Shown in pieces: positions 42,412-53,356 of a DNA stretch of 64,000 nt; the first letter of the stretch is position 1; every line of letters begins with the position of its first letter. Source of the DNA: Gammaproteobacteria bacterium (lineage in GTDB: Bacteria; Pseudomonadota; Gammaproteobacteria; DRLM01); contig DRLM01000017.1 in assembly GCA_011375345.1 (NCBI GenBank), forward strand, positions 675-64,674, in the 5' to 3' direction. The notes beneath the pieces are model-generated. The model made no database searches. It was given only the letters and a program-made list of their open reading frames with translations, and was not told where the DNA came from. Made by a program: the position numbers and the translations under genes.

Positions 42412-44415
42412 ATGCCCCCACTCAATCCCCAACAACGCGCGGCGGTGCGCTATCTGGACGGCCCCCTGCTGGTGCTGGCCGGCGCCGGCAGCGGCAAGAC
42501 CCGGGTGATCACCCACAAGATCGCCTACCTGATTCGCGAATGCGGCACAGCGCCGCGGCACATCGCCGCGGTAACCTTTACCAACAAGGCGGCGCGGGAG
42601 ATGAAGGCGCGGGTGGGGGAGTTGCTGGGGGCTGAGGCCAAGGGCCTGAAAATCTCCACCTTTCACACCCTGGGGCTGAACATGTTGCGCCAGGAGCTGC
42701 AAACGGCAGGGTTGCGCGCGGGCTTTTCCATTTTCGACGCCGAAGACAGTGCCGGGCTCATCAAAGAGCTGCTGCGCAAAGAATCCCTGGACGACGGCCG
42801 CGTGAAAGAGGCGCAGTGGCAGATTTCCCGCTGGAAGAGCGCCCTGCTCGATCCCGGCCGGGCGGTGAACGAGGCTGCCACCGACGTGGAGCTGCTGGCC
42901 GCCACCCTGTACGCCGGATACCAGCGCCATCTGCGCGCTTACAATGCGGTGGATTTCGACGATCTCATCGCCCTGCCGGTGCAACTCCTGCGGGACGATG
43001 TGGCGCTGCGCGAACGCTGGCAGAACCGCCTGCGCTATCTGCTGGTGGACGAGTACCAGGACACCAACGGCGCGCAGTACCAACTGGTGCGGCTGCTGAG
43101 TGGCGTGCGCGGCGCGCTGACGGTGGTGGGGGACGACGACCAGTCCATCTACGCCTGGCGCGGCGCCCAGCCGGAGAATCTGGCCCAGCTGCAGCAGGAC
43201 TATCCAAAGCTCAAAGTGATCAAGCTGGAACAGAACTACCGCTCCAGCGGCCGGATTTTGAATGCGGCCAATGCGCTCATCGCCAACAATCCCCACGTGT
43301 TCACCAAGCGCCTGTGGAGCGGGCGCGGCCCCGGCGACGCCCTGCGGGTCATCCAGTACCGGGACGAAGAGCACGAGGCCGAGAGCGTGGTGGCAGAGAT
43401 CCTCGCCCACCAGTTCCGCCACCGCACGGACTTTGGCGACTACGCCATTTTGTATCGCGGCAACCACCAGGCCCGTCTGTTCGAGCGGGCCCTGCGGGAT
43501 CAGCGCATCCCCTACTATCTGAGCGGTGGCACTTCCTTTTTCAGCCACGCCGAGGTGCGCGACGTGATGGCCTATTTGCGCCTGCTGGTGAATCCCGACG
43601 ACGACGCGGCCTTTTTGCGGGTGGTGAACACCCCGCGGCGGGAAATCGGCCCGGCCACCCTGGAAAAGCTGGCCGAGTACGCCGGCGGCCGCCACATCTC
43701 GCTGTTTGCCGCCTGCTTTGAACTGGGGCTCAAACAACATCTGCCGGAGCGGGCCGTGACCCGGCTCGGCCGCTTTGCCCAATGGCTGGTGGACCTGGGC
43801 GACCGCGGCAGGCGGGGCGACCCCATCGCCGTGGTCAAAGACATGATCCACGGTGCGGACTACGAACTGTGGCTGCGTGACAACGCCAGAGACGACAAAG
43901 TCGCAGAGCGTCGCATTAACAACGTGTGGGAGCTGGTCGCCTGGATGCAGCGCCTCACCGAAAAGGACGCAGCGGACAAAACCCTGGCGGATCTGGTCGC
44001 CCACATGAGCCTGATGGATATCCTGGAACGGGGCGAAGAGGAACACACCGGCGGCCGGGTGCACCTGATGACCCTGCACGCCGCCAAGGGCCTGGAATTC
44101 CCCCACGTGTTTCTGGTGGGCATGGAAGAAGAGCTGCTGCCCCACCGCAACAGCCTGGAAGCCGGCACCATCGAGGAAGAACGGCGCCTGTGTTACGTGG
44201 GTCTGACCCGGGCCCGGAAAACCCTGGCGCTGACCCTGGCGGCCAGGCGCAAACGGGGCGGGGAGCGGATCGGACGGGAGCCCAGCCGTTTTCTCAAAGA
44301 ACTGCCGCAGGACGATGTGGTGTGGGAAGGCGTGGGCCAGGTGGCGGATCCGGTCCAACGCCGGAAAAAGGGCCAGGCCCACATGGCCAGTCTGCGCAGC
44401 CTGTTGACAAATTGA
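42412..44415 (+). CDS. rep: ATP-dependent DNA helicase Rep (UvrD/Rep superfamily 1)
   Basis: ATG 42412. MPPLNPQQRAAVRYLDGPLLVLAGAGSGKTRVITHKIAYLI (motif I)...TFTNKAAREMKAR...VDEYQDTN...LEQNYRS. The 667-aa length is Rep-like. Confidence 0.88.
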   Translation: MPPLNPQQRAAVRYLDGPLLVLAGAGSGKTRVITHKIAYLIRECGTAPRHIAAVTFTNKAAREMKARVGELLGAEAKGLKISTFHTLGLNMLRQELQTAGLRAGFSIFDAEDSAGLIKELLRKESLDDGRVKEAQWQISRWKSALLDPGRAVNEAATDVELLAATLYAGYQRHLRAYNAVDFDDLIALPVQLLRDDVALRERWQNRLRYLLVDEYQDTNGAQYQLVRLLSGVRGALTVVGDDDQSIYAWRGAQPENLAQLQQDYPKLKVIKLEQNYRSSGRILNAANALIANNPHVFTKRLWSGRGPGDALRVIQYRDEEHEAESVVAEILAHQFRHRTDFGDYAILYRGNHQARLFERALRDQRIPYYLSGGTSFFSHAEVRDVMAYLRLLVNPDDDAAFLRVVNTPRREIGPATLEKLAEYAGGRHISLFAACFELGLKQHLPERAVTRLGRFAQWLVDLGDRGRRGDPIAVVKDMIHGADYELWLRDNARDDKVAERRINNVWELVAWMQRLTEKDAADKTLADLVAHMSLMDILERGEEEHTGGRVHLMTLHAAKGLEFPHVFLVGMEEELLPHRNSLEAGTIEEERRLCYVGLTRARKTLALTLAARRKRGGERIGREPSRFLKELPQDDVVWEGVGQVADPVQRRKKGQAHMASLRSLLTN

Positions 44416-44511
44416 GCCGCCCTGGCCCGGCGCCGACTGTGCTGGTGAGCTGTGCGGGACAGTCCCCCGGCGAAACAAATCTTCTATAATCCCGCCTCCT
44501 TGCCACGTTGA

Positions 44512-46407
44512 GTGCCGCTGATGAATGCACCGCCGCCGCCCTGGGATTTGGACCGCGCCCGCCGCCGCTACAACATCAGCCACTGGAGCTACGGCTATGT
44601 GGACGTGAACGCCCACGGCCACGTCACCGTGCAGCCCCGTGCCGGCCGGCAGGCCATCGACCTGGTGGAACTCAGCGCCGAGATCCACCGGGCGGGCCTG
44701 GCCCTGCCGGTACTGGTGCGCTTCACCGATATTTTGCGCGACCGGGTGGACACCCTGGTGGCGGCCTTCGATGCCGCCGCCGCCAGCCACGGCTACGGCG
44801 GCCGCTACACGGCGGTCTATCCCATCAAAGTCAACCAACAGCGCACGGTGGTGGAGGCCATTTTGTCCCACGGCGGTGCGCGGGTGGGACTGGAGGCGGG
44901 CAGCAAACCGGAGCTGATGGCGGTACTGGCCCTGGCGCCGCCGGGGGGGGTCATCGTCTGCAACGGCTACAAAGACCGCGAATACCTGCGCCTGGCCCTG
45001 ATCGGGCGGGCCCTGGGCCAGCGCGTCTACATCGTCATCGAAAAACTCTCGGAGCTGGACCACGTCATCAACGAGGCGGCGGATTTGGGCATCACACCGC
45101 TGTTGGGCCTGCGGGTGCGGCTGGCCTCCGTCGGCGCCGGCAAGTGGCAGAACACCGGCGGGGAGAAATCCAAATTCGGCCTTTCCGCCAGCCAGGTGCT
45201 GGAGGCGCTCGCGCACCTAAAGCAAGCTGGCCTGACGGCCTCGCTGGAACTGTTGCATTTTCACCTGGGGTCACAGATCGCCAATATCCGCGACATCCAA
45301 AAGGGCCTGCGGGAAGCAGCCCGCTACTACGCTGAGCTGCACACTGCCGGCGCCCCCATCAAGGTCATGGACGTGGGTGGCGGCCTGGGGGTGGATTACG
45401 AAGGCACCCGCTCGCGCAGTTTTTGCTCCATGAACTACAGCGTCCCCGAATACGCCCACAACGTGGTGCACACCCTGTGGGAGTGCTGCGAGCAAAGCGG
45501 CCTGCCCCACCCCGACCTCTTCACCGAGGCCGGTCGCGCCATGACCGCCCACCACGCGGTGCTGATCACGGACGTTGTCGATCACGAACCTTTTCCTGCC
45601 GCCGAACCCGGTTCTCCCGCTGCGGACGCGCCCTTGATCCTGCACGATTTGTGGCGGGCCCTGGAGCATTGGGGGGAACGCAGTGTGCTGGAGGTCTATC
45701 ACGATGCCGTGCACTGGCTCAGCGAGGCACAAAGCATGTACACCCACGGCGTGTTGAATCTGGCGCAGCGGGCCCACGCGGAGCAACTCTACTTTGCCAT
45801 CTGCCGCAAAGTGCGGGCGGCGCTGAAACCCGCCACCCGCGCCCACCGGGAAGCGCTGGACGAACTCAGCGAGAAAATGGCGGATAAATATTTCTGCAAT
45901 TTCTCCGTCTTCCAATCCGCTCCGGATGTGTGGGCCATCGAACAAATATTCCCCATCCTGCCTCTGCAGGGCCTGGACAAGCCGCCGCTGCGGCGCGCCG
46001 TCCTGGAAGACCTGACCTGCGATTCCGACGGCCGGATCGAGCACTACGTGGACGAGGACGGCGTCGAGACCACCCTGCCGGTGCATGAACTGAAAGCCGG
46101 GGAACAATACTTGCTGGGCCTGTTTCTGGTGGGTGCTTACCAGGAAATCCTGGGTGACATGCACAACCTGTTCGGCGACACGGCCTCGGTGAATGTGGAA
46201 CTCACCGCCGAGGGCCACCGCCTCACCCAGCCCGAGCAGGGCGACACGGTGGACGCCCTGCTGCGCTATGTGCATTATGCCCCGGAAGATCTGCGCCGGG
46301 CCTATCGCCAGAAGCTCGCCGCCGCAAGCGTGAGCCGGGCAGCGCGCAAACAATACAGCCGGGAACTGGACGCGGGACTGAGCGGCTACACGTATTTGGA
46401 AGAGTAG
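44512..46407 (+). CDS. speA: Biosynthetic arginine decarboxylase
   Basis: YPIKVNQQRTVVEAI...LEAGSKPELMAVLA...VIVCNGYKDREYLRLALIG...GEKSKFGL...LLHFHLGSQIANI... is near-collinear with E. coli SpeA, including the C-terminal GYTYLEE. The start may be ATG 44521. Confidence 0.9.
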   Translation: MPLMNAPPPPWDLDRARRRYNISHWSYGYVDVNAHGHVTVQPRAGRQAIDLVELSAEIHRAGLALPVLVRFTDILRDRVDTLVAAFDAAAASHGYGGRYTAVYPIKVNQQRTVVEAILSHGGARVGLEAGSKPELMAVLALAPPGGVIVCNGYKDREYLRLALIGRALGQRVYIVIEKLSELDHVINEAADLGITPLLGLRVRLASVGAGKWQNTGGEKSKFGLSASQVLEALAHLKQAGLTASLELLHFHLGSQIANIRDIQKGLREAARYYAELHTAGAPIKVMDVGGGLGVDYEGTRSRSFCSMNYSVPEYAHNVVHTLWECCEQSGLPHPDLFTEAGRAMTAHHAVLITDVVDHEPFPAAEPGSPAADAPLILHDLWRALEHWGERSVLEVYHDAVHWLSEAQSMYTHGVLNLAQRAHAEQLYFAICRKVRAALKPATRAHREALDELSEKMADKYFCNFSVFQSAPDVWAIEQIFPILPLQGLDKPPLRRAVLEDLTCDSDGRIEHYVDEDGVETTLPVHELKAGEQYLLGLFLVGAYQEILGDMHNLFGDTASVNVELTAEGHRLTQPEQGDTVDALLRYVHYAPEDLRRAYRQKLAAASVSRAARKQYSRELDAGLSGYTYLEE

Positions 46408-46417
46408 GGGGATCAAA

Positions 46418-46693
46418 ATGGCGAACATCAAAATCGAACGGGGCGCAACGCCTGGGCGGCTCGCGGAACTGGGCGTGGCGGACTGGCCCATCTGGACCAA
46501 AGACGTGTCCACCTTCCCCTGGGAATACGACAGCCGCGAGACCTGCTACCTGCTGGAAGGTGAGGTGGTGGTCACCCCGGAACAGGGCCAAGCGGTCCGT
46601 TTTGGGGCAGGCGATGTGGTCACCTTTGGCGCCGGCCTGCGCTGCACCTGGGATGTTCGCGCAGCGGTGCGCAAGCACTACCACTTCGGCTGA
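46418..46693 (+). CDS. Small cupin-domain protein (91 aa)
   Basis: DWPIWTKDVSTFPWEYDSRETCYLLEGEVVVTPEQGQAVRFGAGDVVTFGAGLRCTWDV has a cupin beta-barrel pattern. Confidence 0.55.
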   Translation: MANIKIERGATPGRLAELGVADWPIWTKDVSTFPWEYDSRETCYLLEGEVVVTPEQGQAVRFGAGDVVTFGAGLRCTWDVRAAVRKHYHFG

Positions 46694-46774
46694 ACAGGGC
46701 CTGTTTTTTTGACAAAGGGGGCGCGGGCCACTTATGATCCGCCCGCCCCGCGGGAGCGCCCGTCAGCCAGACAC

Positions 46775-47495
46775 TGGAGACTGCATGGATATACTCGGCA
46801 CCGATCACTTCATCGAGCCAGGACGATCCCGCCGCGAGCGCGCCCTGGTGCTGGACGGTCCGGCAGGCGAGCTGGAAGCGGTGCTCAGCCATCCGCCGGT
46901 GGGCGCCACGTCCCAGGCGCTCGCGGTCGTGTGCCATCCCCACCCCTTGCATCAGGGCAGCCTGCACAACAAAGTCACCCTGACCCTGGCGCGGGCCTTG
47001 AGCCAGATGGGCGTGCCCGCCCTGCGTTTCAACTTCCGCGGGGTGGGCCAAAGCGCCGGATCCTACGGCGGTGGCGCGGGTGAAGTGGACGATCTGCTGA
47101 GTATTCTGGAACAACTGCGCGAGCGTTATCCGGACCGGGCGCTGTGGGTGGCGGGTTTTTCTTTCGGCGCCTACGTCGCCTTGCGGGCGGCGCAGGCCTT
47201 TGCCGTGGACCGGCTCATTACCGTCGCGCCCCCCATCAACCTGTTCGACTTCTCCACCCTGGAGCCCCCCGGCTGCCCCTGGCTGGTGGTGCAGGGCACC
47301 GACGATGAGTTGGTGCCCGCAAAGGCAGTGCTGCGCTGGTCAGCCCGGACTTACCCGGCGCCGGAGGTGGCGTTTATGGACGGCGCCTGCCACTATTTCC
47401 ACCGCCGTTTGCAGGATTTGCGCACCCTGGTGGAAGAACGGGTGGCCACCGACCCCGCCCTGTGTGCCCTGCCGGCGCAGCGGGTCTCATCATAA
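46775..47495 (+). CDS. Alpha/beta-hydrolase fold protein
   Basis: GGAGA RBS, then ATG 46775. ...[18 protein letters not shown]...[12 protein letters not shown] (GxSxG)...[11 protein letters not shown]. Confidence 0.7.
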
Positions 47496-47990
47496 GGTCC
47501 GCCGGCGCAGCTTCTCCATTTTCTTCCCGATGCGGCGGCGCTTGAGCGGGGAGAGGTAATCCACAAACAGCTTGCCGTCCAGGTGGTCCACCTCGTGCTG
47601 GATACATACCGACAGCAGGCCGTCGGCCTCCATCTCAAAAGGCTTGCCGTCGCGTCCCAGCGCCTTCACCCGGATGCGTTCGGCCCGCTCCACTTTTTCA
47701 TAGACACCGGGCACGGAAAGACAACCCTCTTCCAGATCCGAGACGTCCTCGCGGGAGGCGATTTCGGGGTTGACGAAGTAGTGGGGGTCATTGCCGGCTT
47801 CGCTCACATCCACCACAATCACCCGCTTCGGCACATTCACCTGGGGTGCCGCCAAACCCACGCCCGGGGCCGCGTACATGGTCTCCAGCATATCGTCCAG
47901 CAGGCCACGGATGTCAGCGTCCACCGCGGCCACCGGTTTGGACACCAAGCGCAGGCGGGGATCGGGAAAATGAAGAATGGGCAGGATCAT
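47490..47990 (-). CDS. def: Peptide deformylase
   Basis: [17 protein letters not shown] and QHEVDHLDG are the three PDF signature motifs. Confidence 0.92.
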   Translation of the reverse strand: MILPILHFPDPRLRLVSKPVAAVDADIRGLLDDMLETMYAAPGVGLAAPQVNVPKRVIVVDVSEAGNDPHYFVNPEIASREDVSDLEEGCLSVPGVYEKVERAERIRVKALGRDGKPFEMEADGLLSVCIQHEVDHLDGKLFVDYLSPLKRRRIGKKMEKLRRRTL

Positions 47991-48169
47991 GTGAATTCCG
48001 TCAAGGTCTGGGGTAAATTGCCGTATATACTGCTAGCGGTGGATGGCCGCGTATTGCACGCGCAGCCAATCCGACGAATAGTATCGAATCAGGGACCGGT
48101 ACTCCAAGCCAGGCGTGCTTTTCTGCATCCTCGCCGGGGTATCCGCCACGCTACCCAGGGAGTCATACC

Positions 48170-49297
48170 GTGCCGCGGCATCATTTGGACAGACCACCAC
48201 GCTCTCCGTTCGCCCTTGTGCTCCGCCCCGCATTGCTGGCCCTGATGTTGGCGGCTTTGGCGGGCCCGGCGCGGGCCGACACTGTGGTACTCAACCCTGA
48301 TCACCCCGGCCGCTACGTGGTGGTTCCGGGTGATACGCTTTGGGGTATCGCGGCGCGCTTTCTCCGCAATCCCTGGAAATGGCCGGACATCTGGTATATC
48401 AACCCCGCCATTGAAAACCCCCATTTGATCTATCCCGGCGATGTGATCTCCCTGGTCATGCGCAACGGCGAGCCGGTGTTGATGCTGGAACGGGCGCCGG
48501 AAAACGCCCGGCCGGCATTCAAAATGTCACCGGCCCTGAATACCGAGAAACTGTCCCCCCAGGTGCGCATCGAAAAGCTGGAGCGCGCCATCCCCACTTT
48601 ACCCATGGACGCCATCCAGCAGTTTCTCCTGGACGTATATGTGGTGGGCAAACAAGAAGTCGACCACGCCCCCTATATTGTCGCCATGGAAGAGGGCCAT
48701 CTGGTGGCCGCCGCCAACGATACTGTCTATGCCCGCGGCATGATGGACAAGTCCACCGCCCGCTACCAGGCCTTCCGCACCGGCCGGGTTTACCGGGATC
48801 CGGACACCGAGGATGATGAAATCATCGGCTACGAAGCGCTCCGGGTGGGGACAGCCCGGGTGGAGGCCTTTGGCGACCCCACCACGCTGACTTTCCTGGA
48901 TTCCTCGCGGGAAGTGCTGATCGGCGACCGGCTGCTGCCCTTCCCGGAGAATTCAACCCTCGATACGCATTTCATCCCCCGCGCCCCGGAAACGGACATC
49001 CACGGCCGCATCATCGCCATGTTTGATGCCGTCGCGAGGGTGGGCCAATTCCAGGTGGTGGTGCTCAACCGCGGCCACGCCGACGGCGTGCGGCCCGGTC
49101 ACGTGTTTGCGGCCTTTCGCTCCGGCGACAAGGTGCGGGATTTGATCACCGCCAGGAAAAAAGGCCAAACCGTCACGCTGCCCGATGCCCGCTCCGGCCT
49201 TATCATGGTATTTCGGACCTTCGACAGGGTAAGCTATGGCCTGGTCACACAGGCCAGCCGCGACATCCGATTGCACGACACCGTCGGCAACCCCTGA
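48170..49297 (+). CDS. LysM-domain peptidoglycan-binding protein (secreted)
   Basis: Signal peptide ...LLALMLAALAGPARA. YVVVPGDTLWGIAARFLRNPWKWPDIWYINPAIENPHLIYPGDVISL is a LysM domain. Conserved position between def and dprA. Confidence 0.8.
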   Translation: MPRHHLDRPPRSPFALVLRPALLALMLAALAGPARADTVVLNPDHPGRYVVVPGDTLWGIAARFLRNPWKWPDIWYINPAIENPHLIYPGDVISLVMRNGEPVLMLERAPENARPAFKMSPALNTEKLSPQVRIEKLERAIPTLPMDAIQQFLLDVYVVGKQEVDHAPYIVAMEEGHLVAAANDTVYARGMMDKSTARYQAFRTGRVYRDPDTEDDEIIGYEALRVGTARVEAFGDPTTLTFLDSSREVLIGDRLLPFPENSTLDTHFIPRAPETDIHGRIIAMFDAVARVGQFQVVVLNRGHADGVRPGHVFAAFRSGDKVRDLITARKKGQTVTLPDARSGLIMVFRTFDRVSYGLVTQASRDIRLHDTVGNP

Positions 49298-49337
49298 CCT
49301 TATCAGCCGTCGCGGCGGCCACCTGGAGGCACCCGGG

Positions 49338-50462
49338 ATGGCGCAGCGTCCTGACAATAACAACAAACTCGCCCACTGGCTGGCCCTGGTGCGCACCCCA
49401 CACCTGGGGCCGCAGGGTGTTCAGCGCCTGCTGGAACGCTGTGGGAACCCCATCGCCATTTTCGACGCCGCCGCCCGGCCGGGGGAACTCCCCGAACGGG
49501 TGCGGACCGCGCTGACGCGCTTCGATCGGTCCGGTGTGGACCAGGATCTGCGCTGGGCGGAACAACCCGCTCATCATTTGATCACCCTGGACGACGCCCG
49601 CTACCCCGCCCTGCTGAAAGAACTCAAAGACCCGCCGCCGGTGCTGTTCGTGCAGGGCGAGCCCGCCTGCCTCAGCCATCCCCAGGTGGCCGTGGTGGGC
49701 AGCCGCAACCCCAGCCCCGCCGGGCTGGACAATGCCCGCGCTTTCAGCCGTGAGCTGGCCCGGCAGGGGCTGGCCATCACCAGCGGGCTGGCCGTGGGTA
49801 TAGACGGTGCCGCCCACGCCGGTGCCCTCGCAGGCGGCGGGATCACCCTGGCCGTCATCGGCACGGGGCCCGACCGGATCTATCCCTCGGCACACCGCGA
49901 GCTGGCCGAAGCCATCGCCCGGCAGGGCGCGCTGGTGTCGGAGTTTCCACTGGGCACCCCGCCCCGTCCCGCGCACTTCCCCCGCCGCAACCGGCTTATC
50001 AGCGGCCTGAGTCTTGGCACCTTGGTGGTGGAAGCCTCACCGCAAAGCGGTTCGCTGATTACCGCGCGCCTGGCGGCGGAGCAAGGGCGGGACGTGTTCG
50101 CCATTCCCGGCTCCATTCACAACCCCCTGGCGCGGGGCTGCCACGCGCTCATCCGGCAGGGCGCAAAACTCATCGAATCGGCTGAAGACATCGTCGGGGA
50201 ACTGGGCAGCATCGCCCAGTTTGTCCGGAACGCGGCTGCGGCGGCGCCCCGCTCCGATGCCGCCCAGGCAGCCGCCATCCCCCACCAGGACTTGCTCGAT
50301 TGCATGGGTTATGAGCCTGTGCCCCTGGACCTGGTGGTGGAGCGCAGTGGATTGACGGCGGAGCGGGTTTCCTCCATTCTTTTGGAACTGGAATTGCATG
50401 GACTCGTTGCCGCAGCGCCCGGCGGATTCTATTCCCGGCTCGAACCAGAGACCTCAAAATGA
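49338..50462 (+). CDS. dprA: DNA-processing protein DprA/Smf
   Basis: ATG 49338 follows GGAGG. ...VAVVGSRNPSPAGLDNARAFSRELARQGLAITSGLAVGIDGAAHAGAL...IAVIGTG is a Rossmann-like DprA core. Confidence 0.88.
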   Translation: MAQRPDNNNKLAHWLALVRTPHLGPQGVQRLLERCGNPIAIFDAAARPGELPERVRTALTRFDRSGVDQDLRWAEQPAHHLITLDDARYPALLKELKDPPPVLFVQGEPACLSHPQVAVVGSRNPSPAGLDNARAFSRELARQGLAITSGLAVGIDGAAHAGALAGGGITLAVIGTGPDRIYPSAHRELAEAIARQGALVSEFPLGTPPRPAHFPRRNRLISGLSLGTLVVEASPQSGSLITARLAAEQGRDVFAIPGSIHNPLARGCHALIRQGAKLIESAEDIVGELGSIAQFVRNAAAAAPRSDAAQAAAIPHQDLLDCMGYEPVPLDLVVERSGLTAERVSSILLELELHGLVAAAPGGFYSRLEPETSK

Positions 50463-50938
50463 AAGAAAACGTGTTGGACATCCTGATGTATCTGCTTGAA
50501 AACTACATGTACGGAGACATGGACGAGGAGGCGGACCAGGCCTCCCTGAAGGCAGAATTGCAGCGGGCGGGTTTCCCCGGGGGGGAAATCGACAAGGCCT
50601 TCGCCTGGCTGGAGGAACTGGCCAGCCTGCGCGAGAGCGCCGCCACCTCGCCCCTCACCACCCGCCATGCGGTCAGGATCTATACCGCGGAAGAGTGCGA
50701 AAGGCTGGACGTGGAGTGCCGCGGCTTTTTGACCTTTCTCGAGCACTTGGGTGTACTGGATCCCGCCAACCGCGAGATGGTCATTGATCGCGTCATGGCG
50801 CTGGGGGAGGAAGACACTGACCTCACCGACCTCAAATGGGTCATCCTCATGGTGCTGTTCAACCAGCCCGGCAAGGAAGCGGCCTTCGCCTGGATGGAGG
50901 ACCTGGTGTTCGAAGGCACCCCCGGCGCGCTGCACTAA
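50459..50938 (+). CDS. smg: Smg protein (DUF494)
   Basis: MKENVLDILMYLLENYMYGDMDEE... is a typical Smg N-terminus, in the conserved dprA-smg-topA arrangement. Confidence 0.85.
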   Translation: MKENVLDILMYLLENYMYGDMDEEADQASLKAELQRAGFPGGEIDKAFAWLEELASLRESAATSPLTTRHAVRIYTAEECERLDVECRGFLTFLEHLGVLDPANREMVIDRVMALGEEDTDLTDLKWVILMVLFNQPGKEAAFAWMEDLVFEGTPGALH

Positions 50939-51041
50939 ACTAATTCTCCTGGCGTGGCGATACAGGGCTGCGGCGCGACGGCTGCAGCACGGCACCTGAC
51001 CGCGTCACCTATTGACCCCGTTAACCAACCCCTTAAGGCTG

Positions 51042-53345
51042 ATGAGTAAAAATCTGGTCATTGTGGAATCGCCGGCCAAGGCGAAAACCATCAAGAAATA
51101 CCTGGGCAAGGACTTTGAAGTACTCGCTTCCTATGGGCATGTGCGCGACCTGCTGCCCAAGGAGGGCGCAGTCGATCCCGAGCACGATTTCGCCATGAAG
51201 TATCAGCCCATAGAAAAAAATGAAAAGCATGTGGCCGCCATTGCCAAGGCGCTGAAAAAGGCCGATGCCCTCTACCTTGCCACCGACCCGGACCGGGAAG
51301 GCGAAGCCATTTCCTGGCATCTGTGTGAACTGCTGCGGGAAAAAGGTGTGCTCAGGGACAAACCGGTCAAACGGGTGGTGTTTCACGAGATCACCAAGCG
51401 CGCCATCCAGGAGGCCATGGCCCAACCCCGCGATTTGGGCCTGGCCCTGATCAACGCCCAGCAGGCCCGCCGGGCTCTGGATTACCTGGTGGGCTTCAAT
51501 CTTTCGCCCCTGCTATGGAAAAAAATCCGCCCGTCCCTGTCCGCCGGACGCGTGCAAAGCCCGGCTCTGCGCTTGATCGTGGAGCGCGAGGAAGAGATCG
51601 AGAAATTCACTCCGCGCGAGTACTGGACCATCGAAGCGGACTCGGCCAGGGGCAAAGACAAGTTCGTCGCCAAACTACAGCAGTACGCGGGCAAGAAGCT
51701 GACCCAGTTCAGCGTCACCAGGGCCGAACAGGCCGCTGAAATCGAAAAAACCCTCACTGCTGCCGCCAAGGGCCAGCTCACCGTCGCCAAGGTGGAGAAG
51801 AAGTCCCGCAAGCGCAACCCCGCACCGCCCTTTATCACCTCCACCTTGCAACAGGAAGCCTCCCGCAAACTGGGCTTTTCCGCCCAGCGCACCATGCGCA
51901 TCGCCCAGCAGCTCTACGAAGGGGTGGACATCAATGGCGCCGCCGTGGGCCTGATCACCTACATGCGGACCGACTCGGTGAATCTGGCGCAAGAAGCCGT
52001 GGCGGCGCTGCGGGAATTTATCGCCGGACGCTACGGCGCCAAAGCGGTGCCGAAAAAACCCAATGTTTACAAAACCAAGTCCAAAAACGCGCAAGAGGCC
52101 CATGAAGCCATCCGGCCGACCACCGCCAGCCAGACGCCGGACTCGGTCAAAGCCCACTTGAGCGCCGATCAGTTCAAACTCTACGATCTGATCTGGAAGC
52201 GCACCGTCGCCTGCCAGATGATCCACGCCACTTTGCACACGGTGAGCGTGGATCTAAACCCCGGCACCGACGGCGCCCACGTTTTCCGGGCTACCGGTTC
52301 CACCATTGCCGAGCCGGGTTTCATGGCCGTCTACCAGGAAGGGGTGGACGACGCCAAAACCGGCGACGAAGAGAAAATGCTGCCGCCTTTGCAAGAGGGC
52401 GACAAAGTGAAGCTGGTGAAACTGCGTTCAGAACAGCATTTCACCGAGCCACCACCGCGCTTCAGCGAAGCCACCCTGGTGCGGGCCCTGGAAGAGCACG
52501 GCATCGGCCGGCCCTCCACCTATGCCGCCATCATTTCCACGCTGCAGCAGCGCGAATACGTTACCCTGGAAAAACGCCGCTTCCATCCCACCGATGTGGG
52601 GCGGGTGGTCAACCGTTTTCTGACCACCTACTTCACCCAATACGTGGACTACGACTTCACCGCCCGCATGGAAGACGAGCTGGACGCCATTTCCCGCGGT
52701 GAAGAGGACTGGCACCCGGTACTGCGCAAGTTCTGGGAACCGTTCCGGGACAAGGTCAAAGACATCGACGAGAACGTCGCGCGCAAAGACGTCACCCAGG
52801 AGATAACGGACGAGAAGTGCCCCGAGTGTGGCAAAGCCTTGAGTATCCGCCTGGGCAAGCGCGGACGCTTCATCGGCTGCAGCGGTTATCCCGAATGCAA
52901 CTATACCCGCAGCCTGGGCGGCGAAGAGCGTCCCTCTGAACCTGAGAAAGTGGAAGGACGCGAGTGCCCCAAATGCGGCGCCGATTTATACATCCGCACA
53001 GGGCGCTACGGGAAATTCATCGGCTGCAGCGCCTATCCCAAATGCAAGCACATCGAGCCACTGGAAAAACCCCAGGACACCGGCGTGACCTGTCCGGCAT
53101 GCGGCAAGGGCACGCTGCTGCAGCGAAAATCCCGCTACGGCAAGATTTTCTATTCCTGCTCCACCTACCCTGAGTGCAAGTACGCCGTGTGGAATCTTCC
53201 GGTGAAAGAGCCCTGCCCCAAATGCAACTGGCCCATTCTCACCATCAAAACCACCAAGCGGCGGGGCACGGAGAAAGTCTGCCCCCAAAAAGAATGCGAT
53301 TATGCCGTGCCCGCTGAAAATGCGGAGCAGGCCGCTGCAAGCTGA
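51042..53345 (+). CDS. topA: DNA topoisomerase I
   Basis: MSKNLVIVESPAKAKTIKKYLGKDFEVLASYGHVRDL (Toprim). Three C-terminal C4 zinc ribbons (CPECGKAL...GCSGYPEC; CPKCGADL; CPACGKG...CSTYPEC). Confidence 0.92.
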   Translation: MSKNLVIVESPAKAKTIKKYLGKDFEVLASYGHVRDLLPKEGAVDPEHDFAMKYQPIEKNEKHVAAIAKALKKADALYLATDPDREGEAISWHLCELLREKGVLRDKPVKRVVFHEITKRAIQEAMAQPRDLGLALINAQQARRALDYLVGFNLSPLLWKKIRPSLSAGRVQSPALRLIVEREEEIEKFTPREYWTIEADSARGKDKFVAKLQQYAGKKLTQFSVTRAEQAAEIEKTLTAAAKGQLTVAKVEKKSRKRNPAPPFITSTLQQEASRKLGFSAQRTMRIAQQLYEGVDINGAAVGLITYMRTDSVNLAQEAVAALREFIAGRYGAKAVPKKPNVYKTKSKNAQEAHEAIRPTTASQTPDSVKAHLSADQFKLYDLIWKRTVACQMIHATLHTVSVDLNPGTDGAHVFRATGSTIAEPGFMAVYQEGVDDAKTGDEEKMLPPLQEGDKVKLVKLRSEQHFTEPPPRFSEATLVRALEEHGIGRPSTYAAIISTLQQREYVTLEKRRFHPTDVGRVVNRFLTTYFTQYVDYDFTARMEDELDAISRGEEDWHPVLRKFWEPFRDKVKDIDENVARKDVTQEITDEKCPECGKALSIRLGKRGRFIGCSGYPECNYTRSLGGEERPSEPEKVEGRECPKCGADLYIRTGRYGKFIGCSAYPKCKHIEPLEKPQDTGVTCPACGKGTLLQRKSRYGKIFYSCSTYPECKYAVWNLPVKEPCPKCNWPILTIKTTKRRGTEKVCPQKECDYAVPAENAEQAAAS

Positions 53346-53356
53346 GCGCGTCCGGC

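Noticed and set aside
42280-45216. 978-aa minus-strand ORF antisense to rep and speA
   Set aside because: Low-complexity antisense frame. rep and speA on the plus strand have canonical motifs and collinearity with known proteins.
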